From contig JAQGDQ010000040.1 of NCBI GenBank assembly GCA_030141605.1, positions 920,300 through 975,404 on the forward strand: a stretch of 55,105 nt of DNA, given 5' to 3'. Positions 9,388-18,547 of the stretch are shown here, piece after piece. The number at the start of each line of letters is the position of its first letter. The stretch's first letter is position 1. The notes beneath the pieces were generated by a model. It worked only from the letters and a program-made list of their open reading frames with translations, had not been told where the DNA came from and did not search any database. The stretch is from Tubiluchus corallicola (lineage: Eukaryota; Animalia; Priapulida). The position numbers and the translations under genes were made by a program.

Positions 9388-10353
9388 ATGGCAGTAGAAC
9401 AAGAAATTTGGTGTCGAGATATCCTCAATTATATAGAGGATAACAACCAATTTATGCAATTCTCTGTGGATGCTTCGCCCGAAGTACTGAACGGCAAAGT
9501 GGTACATATCCCCCAAGCAGGCGCCCCTTCGGCAGTAGTAAAAAATCGTAGCACCCTACCCGGCACAGTGGTAAGGCGTGGCGATGGAGACGTTACCTAT
9601 GCACTGGACAGCTACACTGTGGATCCGACTTTGGTGCGCAATTTGGAGGATGTAGAGACCAATTATGACAAACGGCAATCTATGCTAAGAGATAACGCAG
9701 CCAATCTTACCGATATTGTGGGCGACGACTTAATGTATAAATGGGCTGTAAGCCTACCCGTAGCGGACCAGCTAGAAGCTACTGGCTCAACGGTTTCGGT
9801 AAGTATAGGAGGTTCAACGGTTTCGCTCAAAGGTCTACAGGAGAGTGACTTGATAGAAGCCGAAGCTTTTGCTAAACGTCAAAAAATGTGGAAGCGCGAT
9901 GGCTGGTATATGGCTATTGACCCCGACAACCTAAAGTCTTTGAAGTTGGAGATGAAAGATAGGTTCCATTACCGCGACACAGTAGATCTGCCTAGTGGAG
10001 TAGTTACCCGCCTGCACGGCTTTTGGATTATAGAGCGTAGCCGTGTACTTATATTAGACAATAGTGGAGCTGTAAAACCAGCGGATGCTGTTATTGTAGC
10101 TACCGATGTACCCGCTGCCTTCTTTTGGCACGATATGGCGGTAGAACGTGCTGTTGGCGATATAGTAACCTTCGATAATGAACGACGAGCTGAGTATTAT
10201 GGCGATGTGATTAGCCACGAGGTACGTATGGGTGGAAGGGCTAGACGCGGGGAAGCCATTATAGGCAATCCAAACCCCATAGGTGCACCAACGGGGACAA
10301 TAACCGTAGGTGATAATCAAGGGATAGGTGTCATTAAAATGGTGACCCCTTAG
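9388..10353 (+). CDS. Major capsid protein
   Basis: 321 aa directly after the protease; EIW, VHIPQAGAP..VVKNR, YDKRQS, LHGFWIIERS and YYGDVIS..RMGG motifs. Confidence 0.8.
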   Translation: MAVEQEIWCRDILNYIEDNNQFMQFSVDASPEVLNGKVVHIPQAGAPSAVVKNRSTLPGTVVRRGDGDVTYALDSYTVDPTLVRNLEDVETNYDKRQSMLRDNAANLTDIVGDDLMYKWAVSLPVADQLEATGSTVSVSIGGSTVSLKGLQESDLIEAEAFAKRQKMWKRDGWYMAIDPDNLKSLKLEMKDRFHYRDTVDLPSGVVTRLHGFWIIERSRVLILDNSGAVKPADAVIVATDVPAAFFWHDMAVERAVGDIVTFDNERRAEYYGDVISHEVRMGGRARRGEAIIGNPNPIGAPTGTITVGDNQGIGVIKMVTP

Positions 10354-10357
10354 GTTT

Positions 10358-10452
10358 TAAGATAAAAGATAAGAGATAAGAGATAAAAGATTTAATAAGA
10401 TAAGAGATAAGAGAGAAAAGAGAAAAGATTTAATAAGAGATAAGAGATAAAA
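10358..10452. repeat. Intergenic heptamer-like tandem repeats (AGATAAG/AGATAAA/AGATTTA)
   Basis: Directly visible; related tracts at 5648-5685, 6265-6323 and 15201-15395. Confidence 0.75.
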
Positions 10453-10658
10453 ATGAAAAGATAGAGGCACTTAATGCAGATGAAGTAAAAGTATTAGGCG
10501 AGGAGAAAGGAATAGGTTATATGGAACCACTCAAATAGGCACAGTTACACGCTCTTTGTAAAGAGCTTGAAATAGAGATTAAAGCAGGTATTAACAACTT
10601 GCAGTATGTAGAACAAATAAAAACAAAACTTTATGGCACTTCCCAAAGTAACGATTAA
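10452..10658 (+). pseudogene. Broken small HeH/Rho-N-like protein gene between capsid and sheath
   Basis: Frame reads NEKIEALNADEVKVLGEEKGIGYMEPLK*AQLHALCKELEIEIKAGINNLQYVEQIKTKLYGTSQSND*, with an internal TAG at 10536-10538. The 5' end runs into the repeat tract. Confidence 0.5.
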
Positions 10659-11847
10659 CAAGCTCAATGGAGCATTAGGAGGCGTAACTCCTCTCAACGA
10701 TGGCGAGGCAGGTATTATTATAAGCGTACCCGAGCTGCCCTCTACGGGCATTACCGACCCATTTGCGATTGGAACGCCTAAAACTATTACTTCTCTGCAA
10801 GATGTAATAGATAGGGGTATTACAGCTGATTACGATGCCGACCCCGACGGAGTTGGAACTTACGACCCTATTAATGTGTATAGACACTTTAAGGAGTTTT
10901 TCGACACGGCAGGAGCATCTGGTCCTGTGCTACACGTACTGTTTGTAGCCGACACCGTTTCGCTCGAAGGTATGCTAGATACAGGCAATCAGTTTGCTAC
11001 TAAGTTATTAGATTTTGCTGACACGATTAAACTACTGGGCGTAGCTCGCAACCCTGCAAGTGCCTATACGCCTACCGTTACCGATGGTATAGACAAGGAT
11101 GCTTACGATGCACTGGTAACAGGGCAAGCATTAGCCAATCAATATCAAGCGATCCCGCAGCCTGTGCAGATACTTATTGAAGGGCGCAGTTTCGACGGCA
11201 CACCTGCCAACCTCAAAGATCTTAGGCAACAAACCGAAAACCACTGTTCTATTGTATTAGGAGGTAGCAAGGAGGACGATAGTGCTTCTGTGGCATTGGC
11301 TCTTGGGCGCTTGGCAGCTATACCCGTGCAGCGTAAGCTTAGCCGTGTGCAGGATGGAGCTTTGCCTATCACTACAGCTTATTACAACAGTTCAACACTT
11401 GTAGAAGAACAGTCGCAAGCCTATCAAGGACTTATACACGATGCAGGTTTTGTAACACTATGCACCATACCAAGATTGGGGGGCTTCTTCTTCTCTGACG
11501 ACCCTACTGCTACTGGAGCAAGTGACGACTACAATATCATAGCACGCCATCGTATAATCAAAAAGATGATAATAATCGCTTACGATACTTACGTGCGAGA
11601 TTTGAACGATGAAGTAGTTGCAGCCGAAGGCGGAACATTGCCCGATGCCGTAGCAGCCGACATCAAAGCGCGGGTAGAACGTGCTATTGAGCAAACAATG
11701 GTAGTCCCTGGCGAACTGTCAGCTGTAAGGGCTGATGTAGATCCCAGCCAAAATGTAGTAAGCACAGGCGAGATACGCATACAGCTATTTGGACGTCCCG
11801 TTGGCTACACACAATTTATAAATGTAGATTTAGGATTCGAACTTTAA
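10633..11847 (+). CDS. Contractile tail sheath (DUF2586-like)
   Basis: 404 aa; MALPKVTI..NGALG, LGRLAAIPVQRKLSRVQDG, GFFFSDDPT, VDPSQNVVST..PVGY motifs. Confidence 0.85.
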   Translation: MALPKVTINKLNGALGGVTPLNDGEAGIIISVPELPSTGITDPFAIGTPKTITSLQDVIDRGITADYDADPDGVGTYDPINVYRHFKEFFDTAGASGPVLHVLFVADTVSLEGMLDTGNQFATKLLDFADTIKLLGVARNPASAYTPTVTDGIDKDAYDALVTGQALANQYQAIPQPVQILIEGRSFDGTPANLKDLRQQTENHCSIVLGGSKEDDSASVALALGRLAAIPVQRKLSRVQDGALPITTAYYNSSTLVEEQSQAYQGLIHDAGFVTLCTIPRLGGFFFSDDPTATGASDDYNIIARHRIIKKMIIIAYDTYVRDLNDEVVAAEGGTLPDAVAADIKARVERAIEQTMVVPGELSAVRADVDPSQNVVSTGEIRIQLFGRPVGYTQFINVDLGFEL

Positions 11848-11863
11848 TTTTAATAAAAAAATT

Positions 11864-12292
11864 ATGGCAGCATTTAACAGTAAACAATATTCTTGGGCTA
11901 ATGTTACAGTAGTACTTGGCAAGAGAGATATAGTAGGTATTAGAGGTGTAAAATACACTACTTCACAGGAGAAAGATTATTTACGCGGCATAGGAAACCG
12001 ACCCTTAGCCATCCAAAGCGGTAATATCAGTGTGGAGGGCAGCATTACACTTTTGCAGAGTGAGCTGGAATTTATTATATCGGCTTCAAACTCAGCAGGT
12101 TTTCAAGAACTTACCCAAGCACAGTGGGACATAGCTGTTGCCTACACACCCGGCAATGGTGAGACAGGATCTCCGCTTACCAAAATAATCAAAGGGGTTG
12201 AGTTTGAAAGCTATGAAGAGGGTATGGAGCAAGGCGACTTGAATATGGAAGTAGAGTTAAATTTTAAAGCAATTGAAGTCAAACAAGTATAA
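11864..12292 (+). CDS. Tail tube protein
   Basis: 142 aa after the sheath; FNSKQYSWANV..G.GNRPLAIQSGN..EGSITLLQSE, QGDLNMEVEL. Confidence 0.85.
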   Translation: MAAFNSKQYSWANVTVVLGKRDIVGIRGVKYTTSQEKDYLRGIGNRPLAIQSGNISVEGSITLLQSELEFIISASNSAGFQELTQAQWDIAVAYTPGNGETGSPLTKIIKGVEFESYEEGMEQGDLNMEVELNFKAIEVKQV

Positions 12293-12302
12293 GTAAAAAA
12301 TT

Positions 12303-12599
12303 ATGACAAAAAAGATAAGCAAAGAGCAGATAGAAAAGCTCAAAGAACAACACGGAGAAATATTTAAAATAGAGGTAGAAGAAAAATGGTGTGTTCTTAA
12401 AAAAATGGATAGGCAAACACTTTCTTATGTTGTTGCTAATATGAGCCAAGACCCGCTTAATACTACTATGTTCGTAATTAAAAAATGTTTTGTAGCAGGC
12501 GATGAGTCTTTTAAGCAAGATGCAGAGCTACATCTCGCAGCTGTAGGAGCGGTCCAAGAAATGATTAATGTTCGTGAAGGGCAGCTGGTAAAGTTGTAA
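12303..12599 (+). CDS. Tail assembly chaperone (gpG-like)
   Basis: 98 aa between tube and TMP; EQIEKLKEQHGEIFKIEV motif. Confidence 0.8.
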   Translation: MTKKISKEQIEKLKEQHGEIFKIEVEEKWCVLKKMDRQTLSYVVANMSQDPLNTTMFVIKKCFVAGDESFKQDAELHLAAVGAVQEMINVREGQLVKL

Positions 12600-12760
12600 G
12601 GTCGTATAAGGGTACGCCACAGGAAAATTGGCTGCTCTATGTAGACACCCTTATGCGACGACATCTACACACTAGCACTGATAATTTTAGTGATAACGAA
12701 TGGGCATTACGTTTCGCCCAACTACAACACATTTTAAAGCAGGAAGCAAAAACAAAGTAA
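12587..12760 (+). CDS. Chaperone extension (gpGT-like), probably reached by -1 frameshift
   Basis: The -1 frame is open across the chaperone stop from GGTAAAG (12587-12593) to TAA 12758-12760 and reads VVRSYKGTPQENWLLYVDTLMRRHLHTSTDNFSDNEWALRFAQLQHILKQEAKTK. Confidence 0.6.
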   Translation, partial: GKVVRSYKGTPQENWLLYVDTLMRRHLHTSTDNFSDNEWALRFAQLQHILKQEAKTK

Positions 12761-12771
12761 CTATTTAAAAG

Positions 12772-15210
12772 ATGGCCGATGTTTTAATTTTAGATATAAA
12801 AGACGCTGTAAGTCCGAAGTTTCGCAAACTACAAAAGTCTGTAGAGTCTGGACTGGGCAGTATATCTAAAAAAACATCGGTTTTTCAGGAAAAAATAACT
12901 GGAACAACAACCCCAATAACGAAGCTCCAGACAAAGTTAGAAGAGCTAAGTGTAAAAAGGGATAAGGCGTTTTCGCACGGAGAAATTTCTAAGTTTAGTC
13001 TTGAGTTTCGCAAACTACAAAAGTCTGTAGAGTCTGGACTGGGCAGTATATCTGAAAAAACATCGGTTTTTCAGGAAAAAATAACTGGAACAACAACCCC
13101 AATAACGAAGCTCCAGACAAAGTTAGAAGAGCTAAGTGTAAAAAGGGATAAGGCGTTTTCGCACGGAGAAATTTCTAAGTTTAGTCTTGAGTTTCGCAAA
13201 CTACAAAAGTCTGTAGAGTCTGGACTGGGCAGTATATCTAAAAAAACATCGGTTTTTCAGGAAAAAGTAACTGGAACAACAACCCCAATAACGAAGCTCC
13301 AGACAAAGTTAGAAGAGCTAAGTGTAAAAAGGGATAAGGCGTTTTCGCACGGAGAAATTTCTAAGTTTAGTCTTGAGTTTCGCAAACTACAAAAGTCTGT
13401 AGAGTCTGGACTGGGCAGTATATCTAAAAAAACATCGGTTTTTCAGGAAAAAGTAACTGGAACAACAACCCCAATAACGAAGCTCCAGACAAAGTTAGAA
13501 GAGCTAAGTGTAAAAAGGGATAAGGCGTTTTCGCACGGAGAAATTTCTAAGTTTAGTCTTGAGTTTCGCAAGACAGAGGAACAACTCAATCGCCTAAAGA
13601 ATCTGCCGCCACAATCTACTGTTACTCGCCTAAAACAGATGACGACAGGTCTTGGTGGTTTTATTGGTGTAGCTTCTGGATTAGTTATTGTACGCGACAG
13701 CTGGAAGAAATACGGGGAGCAAGTCAGTGCTGTAGCTAATGTGAAGGCTGGGTTAATAAGTACAAACCAAGCAGCAGGGCGTTCGCTAGAAGAGCTTAAG
13801 GAGCAAGCTTCACAATTACAGTCTAAAACATTATTTGGAGATGAATCCATTTTACAAGGTGTTACGGCACAGATGCTTACTTTCACAAAAGTAACGGGCA
13901 GCCAGTTTGACCGTGTGCAAAAAACAGTTTTAGATGTTACCTCTAAGCTAAAAGGCACAAAAGCTACTAGCGAAGATCTTCGCATCACCTCTATTATGCT
14001 GGGGAAAGCTCTTAACGACCCTGTAAAAAACTTATCAGCACTATCTGGAGCAGGTATTCAATTCTCACAACAGCAAATAGGCCTTATTAAACAACTTACA
14101 GAAAGCAACCAGATAGCACAGGCTCAATCTCTTATATTAGACAAACTTGGGAAGCAGTATGGAGGTACAGCAGAGGCATTGGCACAAACCGATGTAGGTG
14201 CTATGATGCAGTTCCAAAATACGATAGGCGACATTCAGGAAAGTATAGTGGAGGGGCTAATGCCCGTTTTGAGCCCTTTGGGGCAAGAAATAGCTAAAAT
14301 AGCTACTTTCTTTTTAGGAAACGCAGAGGGAATAGAAAAGATAATCCCCATTGCTTTTAAATTATTAGAGGTTTGGAAGGGTTACAAAATTATAGCCCCT
14401 ATCTTACATAGCATAGCCACCGCGCAAGGCAGGCAGCTACTACTGGCTAAATTACAACACGCGTGGACGCTCCTTGTGGCAGGTGTAACCAAAATTTGGA
14501 CAGCTGCACAGTGGCTATTAAATATAGCTTTAAAAGCTAACCCCGTAGGGATAATCATTGCTGCTATAGCTGTCTTAGTTGGGCTTGTTGTTTTAGTTAT
14601 AAAAAAGTGGGATGAATGGGGTGCTGCGCTAAGTTTATTTATGGGTCCCTTAGGGTTTGTTATATCACTTATTCAGTCATTTAGGCGAAATTGGGACAAA
14701 GTTAAAAAGGCTTTTGCGGATGGGGGTATTTTGAATGGCATTAAACAGATAGGTATCACCCTCTTAGATGCTCTGCTGGAACCTCTGCAGAAGTTTTTAG
14801 GCCTCCTTTCAAGAATACCGGGTTTAGGCAAATTAGCTGCAAAGGGAGAAGGTTTTATTAAAAATATGCGAGAAAAGCTTGGCGTCGACGTCGAAGCTGA
14901 AGTAAAGAAGGAAGCAAAAACGGAAGAAGAAAGGGAAGAAAACGTTCCAGAATTTTTCGAAGAAGCAGGAGCAGGAGCAACAGCTGATATGTCAGCAACC
15001 ACACCTGCTACTGTGCAAAGTGGTATAGAAGCGATACATGGGGGAGGTAAAAAAACAACAAATATAAATGTAAGTATCAATAATTTAGTAAACGAACTAA
15101 AAATACTACCCCAAACATTGCAAGAAGGAGTAGAAGAGATGCGAGAAAAGATAGAGCAGACATTGATAGAAACACTTAACGGTATTAATCAAATACAAAC
15201 CACTAATTAA
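12772..15210 (+). CDS. Tail tape measure protein
   Basis: 812-aa helical Ala/Gly/Leu-rich ORF after the chaperone; LGKALNDP, WTAAQWLLNIALKANPVGIII motifs. Confidence 0.9.
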   Translation: MADVLILDIKDAVSPKFRKLQKSVESGLGSISKKTSVFQEKITGTTTPITKLQTKLEELSVKRDKAFSHGEISKFSLEFRKLQKSVESGLGSISEKTSVFQEKITGTTTPITKLQTKLEELSVKRDKAFSHGEISKFSLEFRKLQKSVESGLGSISKKTSVFQEKVTGTTTPITKLQTKLEELSVKRDKAFSHGEISKFSLEFRKLQKSVESGLGSISKKTSVFQEKVTGTTTPITKLQTKLEELSVKRDKAFSHGEISKFSLEFRKTEEQLNRLKNLPPQSTVTRLKQMTTGLGGFIGVASGLVIVRDSWKKYGEQVSAVANVKAGLISTNQAAGRSLEELKEQASQLQSKTLFGDESILQGVTAQMLTFTKVTGSQFDRVQKTVLDVTSKLKGTKATSEDLRITSIMLGKALNDPVKNLSALSGAGIQFSQQQIGLIKQLTESNQIAQAQSLILDKLGKQYGGTAEALAQTDVGAMMQFQNTIGDIQESIVEGLMPVLSPLGQEIAKIATFFLGNAEGIEKIIPIAFKLLEVWKGYKIIAPILHSIATAQGRQLLLAKLQHAWTLLVAGVTKIWTAAQWLLNIALKANPVGIIIAAIAVLVGLVVLVIKKWDEWGAALSLFMGPLGFVISLIQSFRRNWDKVKKAFADGGILNGIKQIGITLLDALLEPLQKFLGLLSRIPGLGKLAAKGEGFIKNMREKLGVDVEAEVKKEAKTEEEREENVPEFFEEAGAGATADMSATTPATVQSGIEAIHGGGKKTTNINVSINNLVNELKILPQTLQEGVEEMREKIEQTLIETLNGINQIQTTN
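12818..13571. repeat. Four near-identical 186-bp (62-aa) in-frame tandem repeats in the TMP
   Basis: Unit starts at 12818, 13004, 13190 and 13376, bounded by AGTTTCGCAA. Copies differ at only two noticed sites (K/E, I/V). Confidence 0.95.
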
Positions 15211-15395
15211 GATGAAAGATGAAAGGTGAAAGGTGTTTTCATCTTTTAGTTTTTAATTTTTCTCTTATTAAATCTTTTAGTTTTTAATTTTTAACTTGCT
15301 AAAATGACCATGCGCCCACTAATTAAGATAAGAGATAATAGAGAGAAGATAAAAACTGCTTTCATCTTTTAGTTTTTAACTTTTAACTTACTAAA

Positions 15396-15980
15396 ATGAC
15401 CATACGCCCACCAGATAAAAACGTAATAGGACTAAGTGTGTTATATGCTAAGTTTTTTGGAGCTCCTTACGGAAAGTTGCAAACCCCAAATTACGACACG
15501 AGTGGCTACACAGGTTTTGATCTTTCAGCTTTTGATTCTACTACATTCAACGGTGTTCAGCTATTTGCCCCTGTCAAAATAGGCGACCTACAGCTACCTA
15601 ACGAGCCGCTTATTTCGTTTAGCAAACATAATGAAATAGTCAGTACACAACTCACAGGGACTCGTAGAGCAGGTAGTGTAAAAGAGATAATAGGACAGAC
15701 CGATTGGCAGATAGAGATCAAGGGCATAGTGCTCAACCCCATCAACCCTATACGCTATCCGCGCGAAGAAGTCAGAGCTATACGCGAGTTATTCGACAGT
15801 ACAGCTAGCACTGGCAGCCTTAGCATAACCAACCCAATTTGCGAGCTGCTTGATATAACAAACGTAGTAATCACTGATATTAACTTCCCGCAAATGGAAG
15901 GGATACAACATGCTCAAGCCTATACTATGAAATTAATAAGTGATGAAGATTTTGTGCTGACAGAAATAGATAGTAATTGA
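15396..15980 (+). CDS. Tail tube initiator-like protein (DUF6046-like)
   Basis: 194 aa after the TMP; LPNEPLIS..IVST..GSVKE..DWQIEIKG..YP..V, QAYTMKLISD motifs. Confidence 0.7.
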   Translation: MTIRPPDKNVIGLSVLYAKFFGAPYGKLQTPNYDTSGYTGFDLSAFDSTTFNGVQLFAPVKIGDLQLPNEPLISFSKHNEIVSTQLTGTRRAGSVKEIIGQTDWQIEIKGIVLNPINPIRYPREEVRAIRELFDSTASTGSLSITNPICELLDITNVVITDINFPQMEGIQHAQAYTMKLISDEDFVLTEIDSN

Positions 15981-15996
15981 TAGAAAAACAGCGGAT

Positions 15997-16077
15997 ATGA
16001 GTTTTATAAATAAAACAGATATAACAAAATAAATACTAGTAGATGAGCTAGACCAAGTAACACGTGGCGACGACTAA
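15997..16077 (+). pseudogene. Truncated head-tail adaptor remnant (DUF1320/Mu gp36-like)
   Basis: MSFINKTDITK*ILVDELDQVTRGDD* resembles the N-terminus of the Bacteroidota gp36-like gene normally found just before the portal. It has an internal stop and the remainder is missing. Confidence 0.55.
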
Positions 16078-16088
16078 AAGAGACAATT

Positions 16089-17369
16089 ATGTTTAATTTT
16101 TTTAAAAAATGGAGGAAAAAATCCGTACCACCTGCTAGATTTGCTAGGCTCAACACAGGCAGGGTAACTATAAGACGGGGCGAAGACGCAGAAAACACCC
16201 TTATTAAATACATCAACCTTACTACATTTAGCAAACGCCGTCGCGATATGCAAGACTGGAAGGCTGCACGCGACCACGCCTGCGGAGAGAGCAAGACCCG
16301 CAAACTACTCTACGAACTATACTGGGATGTGCTAAGTAAAGACGATTTCTTAGCCTCCTTATCCGACAAACGCCGTATGCCCATACTCAACACGCCCATA
16401 ATATTTAAAAACCAAGATGGCACGGAGAACGAAGAGATAGCCCCTATGTTCGATACCAATTATTTTACCACTATATTAAAAGAAACCATCAACAGCGAGC
16501 TGTTTGGATATAGTCTTTTGGAAGTAGCAGCACCCAAGCCCAACAGTATAGAAGAGGGTAGTGTTGTGCTTATACCTCGCTCACACGTAAAGCCAGAGCT
16601 TGGCATAGTAGTAAAAGACCCTTATAGCACAACAGGCTTAAGTTACCTGACACCGCCACAAAGCAACAACACAATAGCTGTAGGCGACCTATGCAGTTTG
16701 GGATCTTACCTACAAGCCAGTAAGTTATCTATACGTATGGAGAACAATATAGGCGACTGGGGCGAAAGCAACGAAACATACGGAATGCCCGAAAAACACA
16801 TAAAAGTGGATAATGAGGATGAAAGGGAGAAGGTAAAGGAACAAATAGAAGAAGCAGGAGCAGGAGCAACACTTATAACCGACAAAGATGTAGAAATAGT
16901 GTATGCAGGAGCAGGCAGCGGCTCAGGCAGCGTTAATGGGACTTACGACACCCTAGACAAGCGACTGATGGAACGTATGGCCATACGTATATTAGGTGAA
17001 AGTATGACCACACTCGACAGCCGCAACTCTGGCTACGCACAGGCACAAATACATGGAGCTGTAAGCCAACAGCTCAATTCCAAAGACAGACAATTGGTAA
17101 TACGTACACTTAACAACCAACTACTACCTATACTCAACCGTGCTAATTGGAATTTGCAAGGTGAGTTCCAGTTTAAAAAGGTAAACACACATAGTACAGA
17201 AGAGCATATAAAGGTAGATGAAACCCTTCTAAGTATGGGAGTGCCGCTCTCCAAAGAAGAGCTCTACGAACGCTACAAACGCAATACACCACAAGACGAA
17301 GAAGATACATTAACACCGCGTAACGTAGGTAGAACAAACGAACTGAAGGTTAAAGATTTTTTCGGCTAA
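16089..17369 (+). CDS. Portal protein (DUF935/Mu gp29-like)
   Basis: 426 aa; LYELYWDV..DDFL, FGYSLLE, WGESNETYGMP, ILGESMTT..GYAQAQIH..D motifs. Confidence 0.88.
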   Translation: MFNFFKKWRKKSVPPARFARLNTGRVTIRRGEDAENTLIKYINLTTFSKRRRDMQDWKAARDHACGESKTRKLLYELYWDVLSKDDFLASLSDKRRMPILNTPIIFKNQDGTENEEIAPMFDTNYFTTILKETINSELFGYSLLEVAAPKPNSIEEGSVVLIPRSHVKPELGIVVKDPYSTTGLSYLTPPQSNNTIAVGDLCSLGSYLQASKLSIRMENNIGDWGESNETYGMPEKHIKVDNEDEREKVKEQIEEAGAGATLITDKDVEIVYAGAGSGSGSVNGTYDTLDKRLMERMAIRILGESMTTLDSRNSGYAQAQIHGAVSQQLNSKDRQLVIRTLNNQLLPILNRANWNLQGEFQFKKVNTHSTEEHIKVDETLLSMGVPLSKEELYERYKRNTPQDEEDTLTPRNVGRTNELKVKDFFG

Positions 17370-17850
17370 GCCCCGTAATTAAAAGCGGGGCAGTAAAGCA
17401 ACACTTTATAGCACTACACAAGTTATACAACAAGTACTACCAACAACTAACAAACGATGTAATATTACCATTACTACAAAAAGAGATAAACAACACTATT
17501 GCAAGGCTGTTTAAAGGCAGTTTAAAAGCAGGTGCAATAGGCCGTAAGACATTTGAAAAATTTTACAACGGTTTTGTAAATAATTATAACAAAACTTATA
17601 AGCAAGATATATTAAAAACTAAGTGGAACGCTCCAAATTGGGAATTTGTACAACGGGTAAAAACCAATTTTTCAACCTTTGTGGTTTTTTTAAAAATCAC
17701 AACAATACCCTTGAAGTAGCCCAACAACTTGTAAATAGTAGGGGCGAGCGTAGAACGTTTGAGCAATTTAAAAAAAGAGGTTTTGAAAATTTTGGAAAGA
17801 TATAATAAGAATTGGCTATGAAGCGAATATGTGCACGCCAACCGCTCGGG
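17357..17850 (+). pseudogene. Head morphogenesis protein F (Mu gpF/SPP1 gp7-like), no ATG of its own, frameshifted and truncated
   Basis: The -1 frame relative to portal is open 17357-17719. Motifs across frames: EFVQRVKTNFSTFVVF/KNHNN..QLVNSRGERRTFEQFKK/ILERYNKNWL*SEY. Frameshifts fall in the T-run ~17685 and A-run ~17770; TGA at 17819-17821. Confidence 0.7.
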
Positions 17851-18054
17851 AGTATATTGGTAGAATACAAAGGCAACAAGGTAGTGGTAAGCGGCGACCG
17901 CCCATATGCTGAGATACATAATGAAGGGGGACGTACTGGAGGGAGACGCTCTGCCTATATCCCCAAACGACAATATGCTGGAGTCCACAAAGACTGGATA
18001 AATAAAGCTATAAGCAACATAAAACAAGATATAACTAAGATAATTAATAATTAA
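17850..18054 (+). pseudogene. C-terminal remnant of virion morphogenesis / tail completion protein (Mu gpG-like)
   Basis: SI..VVVSGDRPYAEIHNEGG..IPKRQYAG motif. The N-terminus is missing and the remnant is joined to the gpF remnant, apparently by deletion. Confidence 0.7.
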
Positions 18055-18536
18055 TGCAATTCCTCAAACAAATATACACAGGTATAGATAACAACTTGCA
18101 ACAAGCCGTAAGCGATGGCAAATTAGAAGCCTATTACTTGGATTGGGATTTTGGACAATTAGAAGAAGAGGCCAACCCACCCGTGAGCTTTCCTGCCGTA
18201 TTGATAGATGTGCAAGAAGGGCAAGAAGGTCAGGAGTTCGAACTCAACGGACGCACCACACAACAGGGCAGCCTTACTATAAATGTAAAAGTAGCTTTCA
18301 ATGTAGATGTAGCCTTAGAACATCTCGATAAGTTGCAAGTTATATACGAAGCTATAGGAGGCACCGCCAACACCTGCCATTCACAGCTCTACCTTACGCG
18401 ATTTAACCGACTACCCACACGCGGCTGGCTTACTTATGAGCTAGAGTTTGGCTGTACTGTATACACCGCCTACGGCCAACCCTATACATTAACACCCGCC
18501 AGCGGCGTAGTAGATCCGCTGTTTGAAGATTTATAA
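18054..18536 (+). CDS. Tail terminator-like protein (Mu gp37-like)
   Basis: 160 aa; YLDWDFGQLE...PVSFPAVLID and Q.G..TINVKVAF motifs. Confidence 0.65.
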   Translation: MQFLKQIYTGIDNNLQQAVSDGKLEAYYLDWDFGQLEEEANPPVSFPAVLIDVQEGQEGQEFELNGRTTQQGSLTINVKVAFNVDVALEHLDKLQVIYEAIGGTANTCHSQLYLTRFNRLPTRGWLTYELEFGCTVYTAYGQPYTLTPASGVVDPLFEDL

Positions 18537-18547
18537 TATATAAAACT

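Noticed and set aside
10452-17850. In-frame stops in small phage genes as stop-codon reassignment
   Set aside because: TAA, TAG and TGA all terminate intact genes here, and the broken genes also show frameshifts and deletions.
72-18536. Sheath/tube/baseplate cluster as an eCIS (Afp/MAC/BIS) or T6SS
   Set aside because: Terminase, portal, protease and capsid are present, and there is no Afp15-like ATPase or T6SS membrane complex. The gene set is that of a Mu-like phage.
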